From the NCBI GenBank assembly GCA_950097015.1, contig CATNEN010000032.1, positions 992,001-1,056,000 of the forward strand: a DNA stretch of 64,000 bases. Direction: 5' to 3'. The position numbers and the translations under genes are program-made. Within the stretch, counting starts at the first letter, position 1. Every line of letters begins with the position of its first letter. Positions 28,004 to 40,822 of the stretch are shown one piece after another. The notes below the pieces were generated by a model. The model did not search any database, was not told where the DNA came from, and was given only the letters and a program-made list of their open reading frames with translations. The DNA comes from Macrostomum hystrix (lineage: Eukaryota; Animalia; Platyhelminthes).

Positions 28004-28310
28004 TGAGGTTGTAGCCTAGTGTTTAGGGCGTCGGACTCACGACTTGAAGGTCGGGGGTTCGATTCCCGACTCCACTGATACAATTTGTGTCCTTTAGCAA
28101 GACACTTAACTCTGCATTGCTTCAGTTCACCCAGCTTTTAAATGGGGTACCAGCATTAGCTGGGATAATTGAAGGTGGGTGTGGCGTCCCCCCATGGACT
28201 GAACAGCTGTACGCCATCTTCAGATGCGCCGCGCAATAGCTGCGGCTGTGCTGTCGGCTGCACATCTGGCCCGATTGGGACAGGTGTAATCAATTATAAT
28301 TATTATTAAT
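28004..28310 (+). mobile_element. tRNA-derived SINE, apparently full length
   Basis: A-box TAGCCTAGTGTTT and B-box GGTTCGATTCC; tRNA-like head ending ...GACTCCA; CORE-like body TGTGTCCTTTAGCAAGACACTTAACTCT; AAT-rich tail; homologous copies at 35.2 and 55.0 kb. Confidence 0.85.
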
Positions 28311-30147
28311 AGAAAACGAAATTGCCGTGTTTATTAAGCATAATTTCTGTGCGTCTAAATAGTATAAGTTGAATTGCCATCTCCTTTATTTACCAATAGT
28401 CTCCATATAGTTAGCAAAGGTAAAATTTCGACCAGGTCCGGTCTATACGTGACCCGGAAAATGATAGTGTACATATGTAACGCGTACAATGCCATACGAA
28501 TGGAATATTCAGCAATTTTTGAAACATTCGCCGTGGTAACCCAAATCTTAACTCAATATGAGCAACAAACTAGTCATAATTTTTTGGTTATTTGTTTTTA
28601 GAGCTTGCCCTAAATTACGTATATATCAAAATATATAGTTAGAGCAATCAAATAAAGTGAATTTTGTTTTTCTATTTGAAGTAAAACAATCCGCATTTAC
28701 TTACTCCGAGTTTATAATTAACTCTGACAGGATCTCTCTGATTTCATCGAAATTCTGTTCATTTCTGTATTGAGCTTCAGGACCAGGATAGAAAGTAACC
28801 TTCAGTTCAGATGGAAGTTTTTAGCTAATGTGTATAACCGTATGACATGTTTAATAATGGAAGCTTACTGTTCATTCTGTCTAAATTAACTATTATTATG
28901 TGTTCTTCAAGTGGTTGGCTAGGCCTAGGCCCTTGGCTATGTACCTGGGCTATGGCTGTCGCCTATCCAGTATCCTTATGTAGCTAGAATTATCATTATA
29001 ATAGTAATTATTAATTATAATTATAATACTAATATAATAGTAATTATCATTATAAGTTAGGCCTGGTTTAATTAGTTTAGTCATTTTTACCATTTAAGTA
29101 GGCCTATGTAACTTTCATATTTTTGTTTATTGTTTATTCCATTTTCAGTTAACTAGGCCTACTAGCCATAGGCATAGCCTATAGCCAGCTGGTGTACCAG
29201 GACTATTGCATTGTTTAAATATGCAACTTGGACATAGCATATTTTAAACTAGGTCGATTTTTTAGCTAGACTAGACCATGTTTTTATTTAAAAGCCACTT
29301 TTAAATAAAGTCTCTAACCAACCTTGGCTTTGGCCTTATGGCCTTTTTTAAACTCTGAGGTTGCACAGAACGCAACTAGACTTATATATAATTGACTAGG
29401 CCTAAATAAGTCAGCAAAACTCTAAGTCCAACTGATTGCTTTCATAGCTTCTTTCTAATTTCTCCCCCCCTGTTTCCCTGCTTTGCAAGCTAGGCTTACA
29501 ATGTGTGAGTTATTGCTACTATCCATGTCCAATAAGCTGTTAACTATTCATGCTTACATGCTATAGAATATGTTATCTGTGAGGATAGACCTTTAATTTT
29601 TTACCTATAGGCCTAGTCAGTGTCTTGTGTAATTGAAATATGAGGGAAAGGTAAACAACGTTTATTCCCATAATGTCTTATAATTATATATAGAGACAGG
29701 CATGCTATATAAGAGTGGTGTGAGTCAACAACCTCCTACCTTAGCAAGCTGGTGAGTGGTGCACCCACCCTTTTTGAAGTCCTCATATTTTTTCTGTTAG
29801 TTAAAGAGTCTGAGCCTAAAAATTAATTGACAGTTCTGTTATGTGTTTAATTATTGTTTTGTTTGTCCTCAACAGACAAAATGTTCTCAATAATTATTTG
29901 TTTTACTGGGGCTGCTTAATTTATATACCTAGTGCTAGATAAAGCTTTAAAAGTTAGTTAATTAGTTAGTTAGTTTAATAAAAGAAAAACATAACTAAAT
30001 ATTAATTTAAAATTCAAACATCCAATGACAATTTTACTGGTGACAATATTTAGTAATTAAGCACATGGTGTAAGTTTTCTTTTTTTATTTAGCAGTTGAA
30101 TTGAAGCTATGCTAATATATTTTGTTTCAGCACAAAAGGCAGGCACA

Positions 30148-33100
30148 ATGTCTGGCAATGAGAACCAGGAGTCAACAATTGCTGCCAATCTGTGCAAGAC
30201 TGGCTGCGGCTTCTATGGCCTAACCCAATTTGATGGCATGTGCAGCGTCTGCTACAAGGAGCACTTGAAGAAGAAGCATAAGCACGATGAGGAGCAAATA
30301 CAGAAGCCCGTGACTGCCGCCGCTGCTGCTGCAGCTGTACTGAGTGCTACTTCTTCTGGTGAGACCATTGTGCTGTGTTCAGATTTCTTAACTACTTATA
30401 AAAAGCTTGAAGACTAAATTTTATGTCTAGTGTATTAGAGCATAATTCGGTTGCTTCTTTAATACAATGGCGATTCCGCACATTACTCTATCGTCGAATC
30501 TATTAAGTGCTAATCCAGCATTTACATGAACAAATATGTGGAGCTGTTAACCTATATTTTGCTTTCCTATCATCAGTCGGTTGTGATCTGTTTCTTTTAT
30601 AGGCCTAGCCTTCTTATTATCAAATAATTCCTAACTCGTTTAATTGAATTGTCTTCGTGCCATGTCGCAGTCACAGAGGCAACAGACTATGACAAGCAGC
30701 AGCAGCAGCAGCAGTCAAACTCCGATAGAAAGCGCACTGGCTCAGAAATTGATGCTCTGCTGCTGATCGAAGCCAAGCAGCCAAGATGCTGTAAATCTCT
30801 ACAGATTCAGCTTCAATTTGTGTTCATTTAAACTATTTCTTTGTTAAAAAATTTACTGTTGCTTTTACATATAGTTATTTCGTTCTGTCTCATTTTCTTC
30901 TAGAATTCGGTAAAATTGCTCCATAGTTTTGTTGCTTTTTTCTGATAGGCTCACTGCCATCGGGTGGGGTGTCGCCCTATCGCTAAATACGAATTGAATC
31001 TCAATTTACAGCTTCTCTGCTCCTAGAAGCAACCGCCGATAACGCAAAAGTAGAACCGGAAGCGCCATCTTCTACAGCTGCTGACGATGCGCAGGCCAAG
31101 GAAGTTGATAAGCTGAAGCTGTCATCACAACCGGTTAGTCCCGCTAAGGCCACGGACAAGGAGGCCTCGGTCAGTCCAGCCGCTGCTGAGGGCGCGGTTG
31201 GTGGCTCTGGTAAGTTGGAAGTCCCTCATTCCCATTCCACTGGCCCCTTAGCGCACAAATGCACGCCTACAAGTGCGAAGTAGTGTATTTGTGGTGTAAG
31301 TTGAGCCCGAGAAGTAGATTAGGTAAAATTACATTACATGTACTCGTACGTACAAGACGTAGATTAGAGAGAGGGTGAGGTCAAGGATAAGGGAAAGTCA
31401 AGAGAGTGAAGTCAAGAAAAAGAATGGGAGAGACGGGTCAAGGATAGGGAGAGAGGAGAAGAGAGGTCAAGGATAGGGAGAGAGGGGTCAAGGATAGGGA
31501 GAGAGGGGGAGTGGAGTCACGGATAGGGAGAGAGGGGTCAAGGATAGGGAGAGAGGGGTCAAGGATAGGGAGAGAGGAGAAGAGAGGTCAAGGATAGGGA
31601 GAGAGGGGTCAAGGATAGGGAGAGAGGGGGAGTGGAGTCACGGATAGGGAGAGAGGGGTCAAGGATAGGGAGAGAGGGGGAGTGGGGTCAAGGATAGGGA
31701 GAGAGGGAGTGAGGTCAAGAAAAAGAATGGGAGAGACGGGTCAAGGATAGGGAGACAGGGGAGAGGGGTCAAGGATAGGGAGAGAGGAGAAGAGAGGTCA
31801 AGGATAGGGAGAGAGGGGGAGTGGGGTCAAGGATAGGGAGAGAGGGAGTGAGGTCAAGAAAAAGAATGGGAGAGACGGGTCAAAGATAGGGAGACAGGGG
31901 GAGAGGGGTCAAGGATAGGGAGAGAGGAGAAGAGAGGTCAAGGATAGGGAGAGAGGGGTCAAGGATATGGAGAGAGGGGGAGTGGGGTCAAGGATAGAGA
32001 GAGAGGTCAAGGATAGGGAGAGAGGGGGAGTGGGGTCAAGGATAGGGAGAGAGGGAGTGAGGTCAAGAAAAAGAATGGGAGAGACGGGTCAAGGATAGGG
32101 AGACAGGGGGAGAGGGGTCAAGGATAGGGAGAGAGGGGAGAGTGGGGTCAAGAGGCTCAATACTATAGTGTCAGGATAATGAAAGTGAAAGTGATTATAG
32201 CCTTTAGAGCACTAATCTCAAGTACTTGCGAAATTTTAGCGGAAGCCGAAGCTGTCGCTAGCGCCTTGAAGCCTGCAGATTTAGCGGAGGCTGCTGAGAA
32301 GCCGCGGCAGAAACAGCGAAATCGATGCGGAGTTTGCAAGAAGCGAATCGGCCTCACCGGTGAGTCCTGTTTTTGGTGTCAGAGATTTTTTCTGACATTC
32401 CCTACTACTTATAGTAGCGAATTAAGTAGCGCTAGGCAGGACAGGACTTTTTATCACTAACTGGAGTTTGGGTAGCCCAAACAGGGAGTTAAGTGAAATA
32501 ATGATTATCCATGTACTGACTGTTAACTTTTCATGTATAATCACAGAAAATGAGCAACCAAGATAGACTTAGAGAGTAGCTGTTTTAACTGTTTCACTGT
32601 TTAAGGGACCTTAAAGAGTAACAAATTAAATTACCTTAGACAGTGACGAATCGAATGACCTTAGAGAACTGACTAATCGAATGACCTTAGAGAACTGACC
32701 AATCGAATGACCTTAGAGAACTGACCAATCGAATGACCTTAGAAAGTGACCAATCGAATGACCTTAGAGAACTGACCAATCGAATGACCTTAGAAAGTGA
32801 CCAATCGAATGACCTTAGAGAACTGACCAATCGAATGACCTTAGAAAGTGACCAATCGAATGACCTTAGAAAGTGACCAATCGAATGACCTTAGAGAACT
32901 GACCAACCAAATGACCTTGAAGAGTGACCAATCGAATGAACTGATAATAAGGTGACTAAAAAGCAAAATGACCATAAGTAGTGGCTGAGTCATTTCGCAA
33001 AAGCCGCTTCTCCGCAGGCTTCGACTGCCGCTGCGGCGGTGTCTACTGCGCCATTCATCGCTACAGCGACAAGCACGAGTGCGACTTCGACTATCAGAGC

Positions 33101-33166
33101 CTGGGCCAGGACCAGATTCGCAAGGCTAATCCAGTTGTGATCTCCAGCAAGATTGAGAAGCTCTGA
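30148..33166 (+). CDS. ZFAND5: A20 + AN1 zinc-finger protein (ZFAND5/6 family); exons 30148-30358, 30671-30790 (less certain), 31012-31209, 32240-32359, 33018-33166
   Basis: A20 finger LCKTGCGFYG...GMCSVCYKE; AN1 finger RCGVCKKRIGLTG|FDCRCGGVYCAIHRYSDKHECDFDY; C-terminus KANPVVISSKIEKL; all introns are phase-1 GT-AG. Confidence 0.92.
31368..32152. repeat. G/A-rich composite minisatellite in a ZFAND intron
   Basis: Core GGTCAAGGATAGGGAGAGAG with variable spacers. Confidence 0.9.
32645..32940. repeat. 25/26-bp minisatellite in the last ZFAND intron
   Basis: Units CCTTAGAGAACTGACCAATCGAATGA and CCTTAGAAAGTGACCAATCGAATGA. Confidence 0.9.
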
Positions 33167-34368
33167 GTGATAGTCGGCTGTCCTAGAAGTCCCCTAGTGC
33201 GTCTCTCTCAGCTCTTGGCCTCTCCCCCGGCTGTCTCTCGCGATTGCGTCGTCGGGAAGGGAACTTGGAACTGAACTGTATTTATTGGGCTTCTGTTAAA
33301 TTCATTTTTTGCGCAGGCTAATTTAGTAATTTTCCTTCCGTACGACTGACAAAAAAAAGTAGAACCCCTCTTTTAACCAACAAAACGGCATGAAAAATTA
33401 AGTTTTCCGTGTTAATAATTTTCTAATCTAAAACATTTAAAGCGACATTAGAAATGGGTTTAAAAATATTATTAAAAATTCAATAATATGTTGGCTCTTT
33501 TAGTTAGTTTTGCATATTTAATCTTTTTATATTTCCAGCAATGAAGAGATTGCTTAAAAACACTTTAGAGAAAATTTGTTTCGGCACAGCCTATGGCATA
33601 GTTATCTCCCCACCCGCACAATGCTAATCCATATATGTTTTAGCTGTCGCATGCTTGTGTTTCTGTGTAACAAACTTTTTCTTCCCCAATTCTTGCTTTC
33701 CTTCGATTTAATTGTGCGTGCTGTCGTTTTTTTCAGACCGTTTTTCTTTCGTCAAGTTTTTCAACCCAGTCGGGACTTGGCCTCGGTTTAGTATCGGGAA
33801 TCGACACCTTCTGATTGGGGACTGTGTGATCTTATTTAATCTTTTTTTTATAAAAAGACAAGAAACACTTATCCCTGCGCGTTTTTAGCTTTTTGTTTTA
33901 ATTCTGTGCGCACGTGTTGTCTTTTTCTTAACTTTCTGTTTGGTTATCTAATCTTTAGTTAAAGCCGTGGTAGTGATAAGAGTAGGTGGGTCTGGTGCAA
34001 CAGCTAATCGGATTTTAAGACCTGTCCTTAATTATATTGTGCCTAGCAGAATTTAGACTGTCTATTAATTAACAAAATGTCGCTTTTGTTTGTCCATATT
34101 AATCTGATTCGATCTACGCACATTGCGGCAGGTTTTTTAGTTTATGAAAGCTTTCAAAAAGTATTTATTGTCTTGTTTGCGTTACTAAAAACGGCTTACG
34201 AGCGAGCTTTTGTGCACTATTAGATTCTTCGGTTGCGCTTCAATGTGGGGTATAAATTGAATTCCCTTATTTGTCAATCTATTTGTCTAAGAGAATTTCA
34301 TATCAGTTCCACGATTTGTCTATTTAATCACTTATCTGGCAGTCTTGTCGCTTTTAATGATATCGGCT

Positions 34369-34680
34369 GAGCAGCCCCTCACGCCCGACCACCCCTAGCC
34401 TACGTACAAGTGTTTACACTGCCCTCCGAGCAGCCACCTCACGCCCGACCACCCCTAGCCTACGTACAAGTGTTTACACTGCCCTCCGAGCAGCCACCTT
34501 ACGCCCGACTACCCCTAGCCTACGTACAAGTGTTTACACCGCCCTCCGAGCAGCCACCTCACGCCCGACCACCCCTAGCCTACGTACAAGTGTTTACACT
34601 GCCCTCCGAGCAGCCACCTCACGCCCGACCACCCCTAGCCTACGTGCAGGTGTGTACACTGCCCGTCGGAGCAGCCACCT
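34369..34680. repeat. 60-bp tandem repeat, about 5 copies
   Basis: Lines 34381, 34441, 34501 and 34561 are nearly identical. Confidence 0.95.
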
Positions 34681-35197
34681 CAAACAAAAATGTTGTTACT
34701 TATTTAATAAGAATTTGTGTGGACAGCTGCCAGACTGTAAAACTGTAGATATTATGTCATGATTCCACTATTGGCGCGGGTATATCTATATTTATTTATT
34801 TATATGAACATATTAAATCTGTCTATCTCTTCTGTGTTTATTTTGATCGAAGCCGGACTACGGTTGAGCTGAGTGCACTACCGAATGAAAAAAAAACAAT
34901 TAAAGAAAAAAGCCAGCGGGCACGAATTTCTAAACGTGAAAAAAGAAATAAACACAATAGCAGCGCACTTTTGTGTCTGTCGTTTTCGCACGATTGTTGC
35001 GCTCTTTAGCCCTCCAAGGTGTCACTTAATAAGGATTTTATTTCACTAAATTTGTTTAATTCTAGTCTGTCTCTCCCGGCCTATGTCAATTTTCATATTT
35101 GCGGGTGGAACTTCCTGGGGGCTAGACAGTAGTATACTATTGCAAGATAGTTTTACCATAGTATTTATTATTCTTTCATTTCTACATGATGATGGGC

Positions 35198-35325
35198 AGT
35201 TAGCCTAGTGATTAGAGTGTCCGACTCACGACTTGAAGGTCGGGGGTTCGATTCCCGACTCCACTGATTCAATTTGTGTCCTTTAGCAATAGCTGCAGCT
35301 GTACATCTGACCCGATTGGGGCAAA
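35198..35325 (+). mobile_element. Internally deleted copy of the tRNA-derived SINE
   Basis: Head matches the 28.0-kb copy, then jumps from ...TTTAGCAA directly to TAGCTGC.... Confidence 0.8.
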
Positions 35326-36114
35326 TAGTGGCTCAAATTGGTGACTTCATCGGTTTTTTGGCAATTCTTTTCATGTAGTTGTATGTTTTTATCTAGAGTA
35401 GTTCTGGTCCTATTACAGATTGATTAAAATTGAATCTAGTCCGATTTGGCAATAAGTACAGTCAATGGCACAACCGCAGCTATTTAGCGGCGCTTTGAAA
35501 GGCTGAGTACAGTCCGTGTGTTCGGTCCGTGGACTGGAGAGGCCACTATACCCACCTAACTTCGTAAAATCAGTTTTAAAATCAGTTAGCGCAGCTTTTC
35601 AAATCTGCAGTTAAGAAGTCATTTGTTAGCCCAGGGTTCAGAATGCAGCGCGGTCGAGTGACTGGCAGCCATAAACTGTGAAAGCCTTCGAAACTCAATA
35701 AATTGCCGAGGCATTTGCATTTGAATGCCCGTCAGTTTGTATCTGATCTTCTTTAAGCTAAACTTGATCTTTGGTCTGCACCACCAGTTAAAGCTTGGCT
35801 GTAGACCCATTTTGTTTGGCTAGATCATGATTTAAATCTAAACGAACTGTCAAATTATACAACTCGAGAAAGTGTTTTAACCAGACCTTGACGTTAACGA
35901 GCTGTGCGTGACCTTGACCTCATGATTTTTAAACTATGCGCATAACTTTTGTCCTTTTTTTCGAATTATCATTCTAGCGGCAGGTACTTAATTAAACTTA
36001 TTAAAGTTAATAACAGTTAAAAGTGCATCCGATTCATAGCGTGAGTGGCGAAGAAAAATGCGGTTCACGCAGATTTGGATAAAATTATTGAGCACAGCTC
36101 AGTATAGCTCCTAC

Positions 36115-36739
36115 TTAATGCTTGATAATGCTCTTGGGAGCATTTTTGCCCTTCAGTAAGAACCCAGCCGGAAAAAGCTCATTTGGAATTCCGAACTTCT
36201 GACCTGGCGGTCGGGAATCGAATCTTAGCTCAGTAGGTGGGCGCCTAACCCCACCAGTCCAAGGACTGAATAACCTGTACGCAGCTTTTCTAAAACATCA
36301 TTGGCTGTACATTTCACCAAAACTGCTGGGTTTGGATGAGAGAAAGTGGAAATGTAAGTGAGAAAAGAAATGAGATGGATGAAAAGGGATGAGGCAGGAA
36401 GAAACATCTACTCACCAAATTGTGAGTCAGATAAATTATCATGCCAAACCTTTGCTTGAAATTTTTTAAACTAATAAATTCGTCTCTTTCGCGAAGTGCT
36501 TTTAGTGAGTGTACACAGCGTGCACTATCGCTCTCTCCCTCTACTATGTGTTCCAGGCCTGTCATTTCCGAAGCGTACTTCTCTCTCCATCCAGTTCTGT
36601 CCGGTCTTGTCAAACCATCCAACCAGACGAGCTCTGAGGGTTTGGACAGAGTCGCAATGTACAGCGACTAGTGCCCCGAGGTTGATCAATGCTTGCTGTA
36701 CTCGGCACTCACACACTCCTAGCCACCCACCTCTTGCAT
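36115..36739 (-). CDS. Candidate 133-aa protein, head-to-head with ASS1; exons 36739-36731, 36667-36450, 36289-36115
   Basis: ATG CAA GAG|GTGGGT, 63-nt intron, CACTAG|; exon 2 ends CAAAG|GTTTGG (phase 2); TGTTTTAG|A resumes in frame to TAA; total 402 nt. No family recognised. Confidence 0.45.
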
Positions 36740-36861
36740 AGTACGGCATTCAACGATTTATACAATTGCCACGAGTCCACGAGACCCAACTAACCAACGA
36801 TTTTAACTGCGAAAGGTACAAGATTTTTCTGGGAAACTTTACAGAGAAACTTCCCTCAAGC

Positions 36862-38550
36862 ATGAGCGACGGACAGCAGCAGCCGAAGAAGAAGATTGTC
36901 TTGGCCTACAGCGGCGGCCTGGACACTTCCTGCATCCTCGTGTGGCTCATCGAGCAGGGCTACGATGTGGTGGCATTCACTGCTAACGTCGGCCAGGACG
37001 ACGATTTCGAAGCCGCCCGTCAGAAGGCTCTCTCGTTGGGCGCCATCAAGTACGTGTGCCTAGACTTGCGCCGCGACTTTGTAGACAACTACATCTTTCC
37101 TGCGGTGCAGGCAGATGCTATCTATGAGGACAGGTGAGACTGCCGCTGTGCTCATTTGCCTATCACTATAATAATAAATATCCCCACCATAAAAAATCTC
37201 TCCAGGTACCTGCTGGGCACAGCTCTGGCCCGGCCCTGCATCTCCAGCGGCATGATTCGTGTTGCACGCGAGGAGGGCGCCAGCCACGTCAGCCACGGCG
37301 CCACCGGCAAGGGTAACGATCAGATCCGGTTTGAACTAGCCAGCTACGCTCTCTGCCCACAGGTGGAGGTTGTGTCGCCCTGGCGAATGCCGGAATTTTA
37401 CGAGCGTTTCGCCGGCAGGCAGGCGCTGTTTGAGTATGCCAAGGCGCACAATATTCCGTTGCCGGTGACGCCGAAGTCGCCATGGAGTATGGACGGCAAT
37501 CTGATGCACATCAGGTTCGAAAACCTTTGTTTCATAAGCTGCTAACCTTGTTCATGTAAGAAAATACTAAGAGGAAAGTACACAGGACTAAAAGTACACG
37601 GGATTAAAAGTACACAATAGAGAAAGTACACTGGTGATAAGGCAGCAAAAGTAACGCAATCGCACAGCTATTGCCTCCACCCAGCTACGAATCCGGCATC
37701 CTGGAGGACCCGAAGGCCGAGGCGCCGCACGATCTATGCACAATGACGAAGAGTCCCGCCGAGGCTCCGGCCCAGCCGGCCAAGATTGCCATCCGGTTCC
37801 AGCAGGGCATCCCGGTCAAGGTGACTAACCTTAACAGCGGAGAGGAATTCACTGGCAGCCTGGAGCTCTTCACTTATTTGAATAAAATCGGGTTGGTTTT
37901 TTGCTCAACTAGATTTTTTACAGTCTCATTGTTCTCATTGTGCATACAAAAAGCTTGATTGCAAATGTTGCACTCATTAACATGGAAAACTCTTCGCAGT
38001 GGTGAGCACGGCGTTGGTCGCATCGACATCGTCGAGAACCGATTTATCGGCATGAAGAGTCGCGGCGTCTACGAGACACCGGCTGGTACCATCCTGCGGC
38101 AGGCGCACATCGACATCGAGGTGCTGACAATGGACCGGGAGCTGCGTCGCATCAAGCAGCGGCTGGCCATTGACTTTAGCGAGCAAGTCTATCGTGGCTT
38201 CTGGTTCTCGCCCGAGTGCAAGTTTCTGAGGGACTGCATCAAGCGGTGAGATCAGGGGCTGATTTTCGTTAGGAATACAGACAGAAATGCTCAGAAATGC
38301 TAGAGACCTCTCTGCCACCTTCAATGATAGGTCTCAAGAGCGCGTCACTGGCACCGTGTACGTGTCGCTGTACAAAGGCGGAGTTCACGTCTGCGCCCGC
38401 GAATCTGAGTTCAGCCTCTACAACCAGGAGCTGGTTAGCATGGACGTGCAGGGCAATTACCAGCCGCGAGATGCCGAGGGCTTTATTCGGATCAATGCGC
38501 TGCGACTGCGCGAGTACCATAGGCTGCAGGGCGACCTCGACCAGCAGTGA
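36862..38550 (+). CDS. ASS1: Argininosuccinate synthase, 417 aa; exons 36862-37133, 37206-37514, 37685-37891, 38000-38245, 38331-38550
   Basis: [14 protein letters not shown]-binding motif; [10 protein letters not shown]; [14 protein letters not shown]; [15 protein letters not shown]; [24 protein letters not shown]; [11 protein letters not shown]; four phase-2 GT-AG introns; 1254 nt. Confidence 0.97.
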
Positions 38551-39146
38551 ATTTGCAGCTGAACTGCAAGAAGGACTACATGCATGTTATTAACCGTTTA
38601 TTGACTTAAAGATCAATATGAATGAGACGCTTATATCAAAGGATAAAATTCAATAAATAATATATACTTGCGTCCAATGGTATTGGTATTATAGGATTTT
38701 CAAGGACGCCGCATATTGCAACAACACAGTCATTTTCGAATCATCGATTGCTTTTAGTCCCAATTTTATATTTATCTGATTAGCTTTTTAATAATAAAAT
38801 CCTATATTTAATCGCTTCATTTCATCCACAACCATGATTTCTTGTTAGAATTAATAAAGTATAGAACTGCGTTAGACACAACTACAACGATATAAAAACA
38901 AATCTACCTAAGGTATATATATTACCTAAATACGTTTGTTCGATTATGACTTCATTAATTAAACACATATTAATGGTCCTTTTACGGTTTGCTAAATATT
39001 CTATGGCCACAAGAACAACTCTTGCTTTCACTTATTTGATGTATCCCCCTTTTGCCCCGGGCGAGTGTCTATATGACGCATGTTTTCATTTATTTCCCTA
39101 GGTAAATAAATCATTTATTTCCCGCTGCCCCGCGGGCTGATAAGTA

Positions 39147-40462
39147 CACTCAGCAACATTGAAAAGTTTCCACCCTCGCGCAAGTTGTATATTTAGAGTT
39201 TCAAAACTGGTTTTTGTCGCCAGACTTGTGCCATAGACGATTGATGATTTCGTCAACACGCACTTATGCCATAGACGCCAGACAAGTCGAAGGAAACATT
39301 CGCATGTAGCAGACAGCAGTCAGCTTACAGGAATCTATGATCCACGTTCGCAACCAAACGGAATGGTTCGCCAAATGACCGACCTGGAACGAGCGCGCGC
39401 CGTTGGCATGCTGGACGCTGGGGTGTCCATCCGAGCTATTACTCGCCGAATTGGGCGGTCTCGCACAGCAATCCGCAAACTGCAGATCAAGTGCAGAGAA
39501 ACTGGCAGCGTGGCGCTAGCCGGCCGGCGGCTCAATTTGCGCAGTACAACTAGGAGGGCGGACCGGCGATTGCTGCGAATGTCGAATGGAAGCCCCACAT
39601 TGCCAGCCACCCTGCTACGGCTGATGTGGGCTGAAAGAAGCAGGCGAGGGGATTTCTGAGCGCCCAAACCATCCGACGACAATAGCGGGAGTTGGGGCTG
39701 TGATCCCGTAAGATGCGCAAACGGCCACGCCTGACCCCAACCCATGTGGCCAGCCGGCAACAATGGGCAATGCAAAGGGTCCAGTGGAGGCAGCAGCAGT
39801 GGCGGCGAGTGAGTTTCTCGCATGAGAGCCGCTTTCGATTGTTCCGTGCCGACGGCCGCATTCGCGTGTGGCGCCAGCCACGCCAGGAGATGCTGCCGCA
39901 GCACGTGCAAAACTCAGAGAGCCAGTCAGCTTCTATTCACGTGTGGGCAGGCATCACAATGCACGCAAAGACGGAGCTTGTGTTCCTGGATGCGACTGTG
40001 ACTGCCGAGTCGTATTTGCCAATTTTTTTGCCAAGCCAACCTTCTACAGACGCTGCTGCCCTTCATTGATGCTTCATGTGGTGGCGTGGGGAACAGCGTC
40101 CTCCAAGACGACAACGCCCCACCGCATCGCGCAGCCGCTGTGGTGCATCTGAAGGACTGACTACTTCGGAATCACTGTCTACCGTGAATCACTGTCTACT
40201 GCATGGCAACAGCTACCGCAAGATTTTCTGCGACGCCTGGTTGTGGGTATGCCCGGAGAGTGTGCGCTCTGCTGCTATACGCGTTACTGACCCTGTTCTG
40301 GGCCAGTTGGCACCAGATGCTCGCGTAATTTCTTTGCTGTTCGTTTGCTTCGTTCGAATCCGGATTTTATATTTGTCTATGGCTCAAACCACTAATATCT
40401 CCACCCACCAAAACGTTGACGCTTCGCGCGCTAGGGTGGAAACTTTTCAATGTTGCTGAGTG
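39147..40462 (+). mobile_element. Tc1-like DNA transposon, 1316 bp, with a defective transposase
   Basis: Perfect 30-bp TIRs CACTCAGCAACATTGAAAAGTTTCCACCCT (39147-39176 and 40433-40462); TA TSD on both sides. Transposase remnants: paired-like HTH from 39363, FS(H)ESRF, VWAGI, QDDNAPPHR, with frameshifts and stops. Confidence 0.95.
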
Positions 40463-40822
40463 TATAAGTTATCACCCACTTTTTTTATTTATTTTGGCCG
40501 GGAACGGCTGAGGACTCGTTTATTGGCCGAGGCGAAGCCGAGTCCAATAAACGATGTCCGAAGACATTTTCGGCCATAGATAAGTCAAACAAGTGGGTGA
40601 TAATGTATTTATTCCACAGTTGAAGCCAGATAATTGTCACCGGACCAGATAAATGTTTATCTGTCCCGGCCAGATAAATTTCAACGGCCAAATGAATACA
40701 TTTATCTGGTCTATGGGCCAATCCAACTGGGGAATAAATTCGAGACAACAACCATAGACTAACAAAAACTAGCAAAAAAGTGTAGCACACAAAAGCTACA
40801 CACACCGAACGGGGGATACATA

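Noticed and set aside
28011-28075. Extra tRNA genes (also at 35.2 and 55.0 kb)
   Set aside because: Imperfect anticodon stems, each followed by the same SINE body; these are SINE heads.
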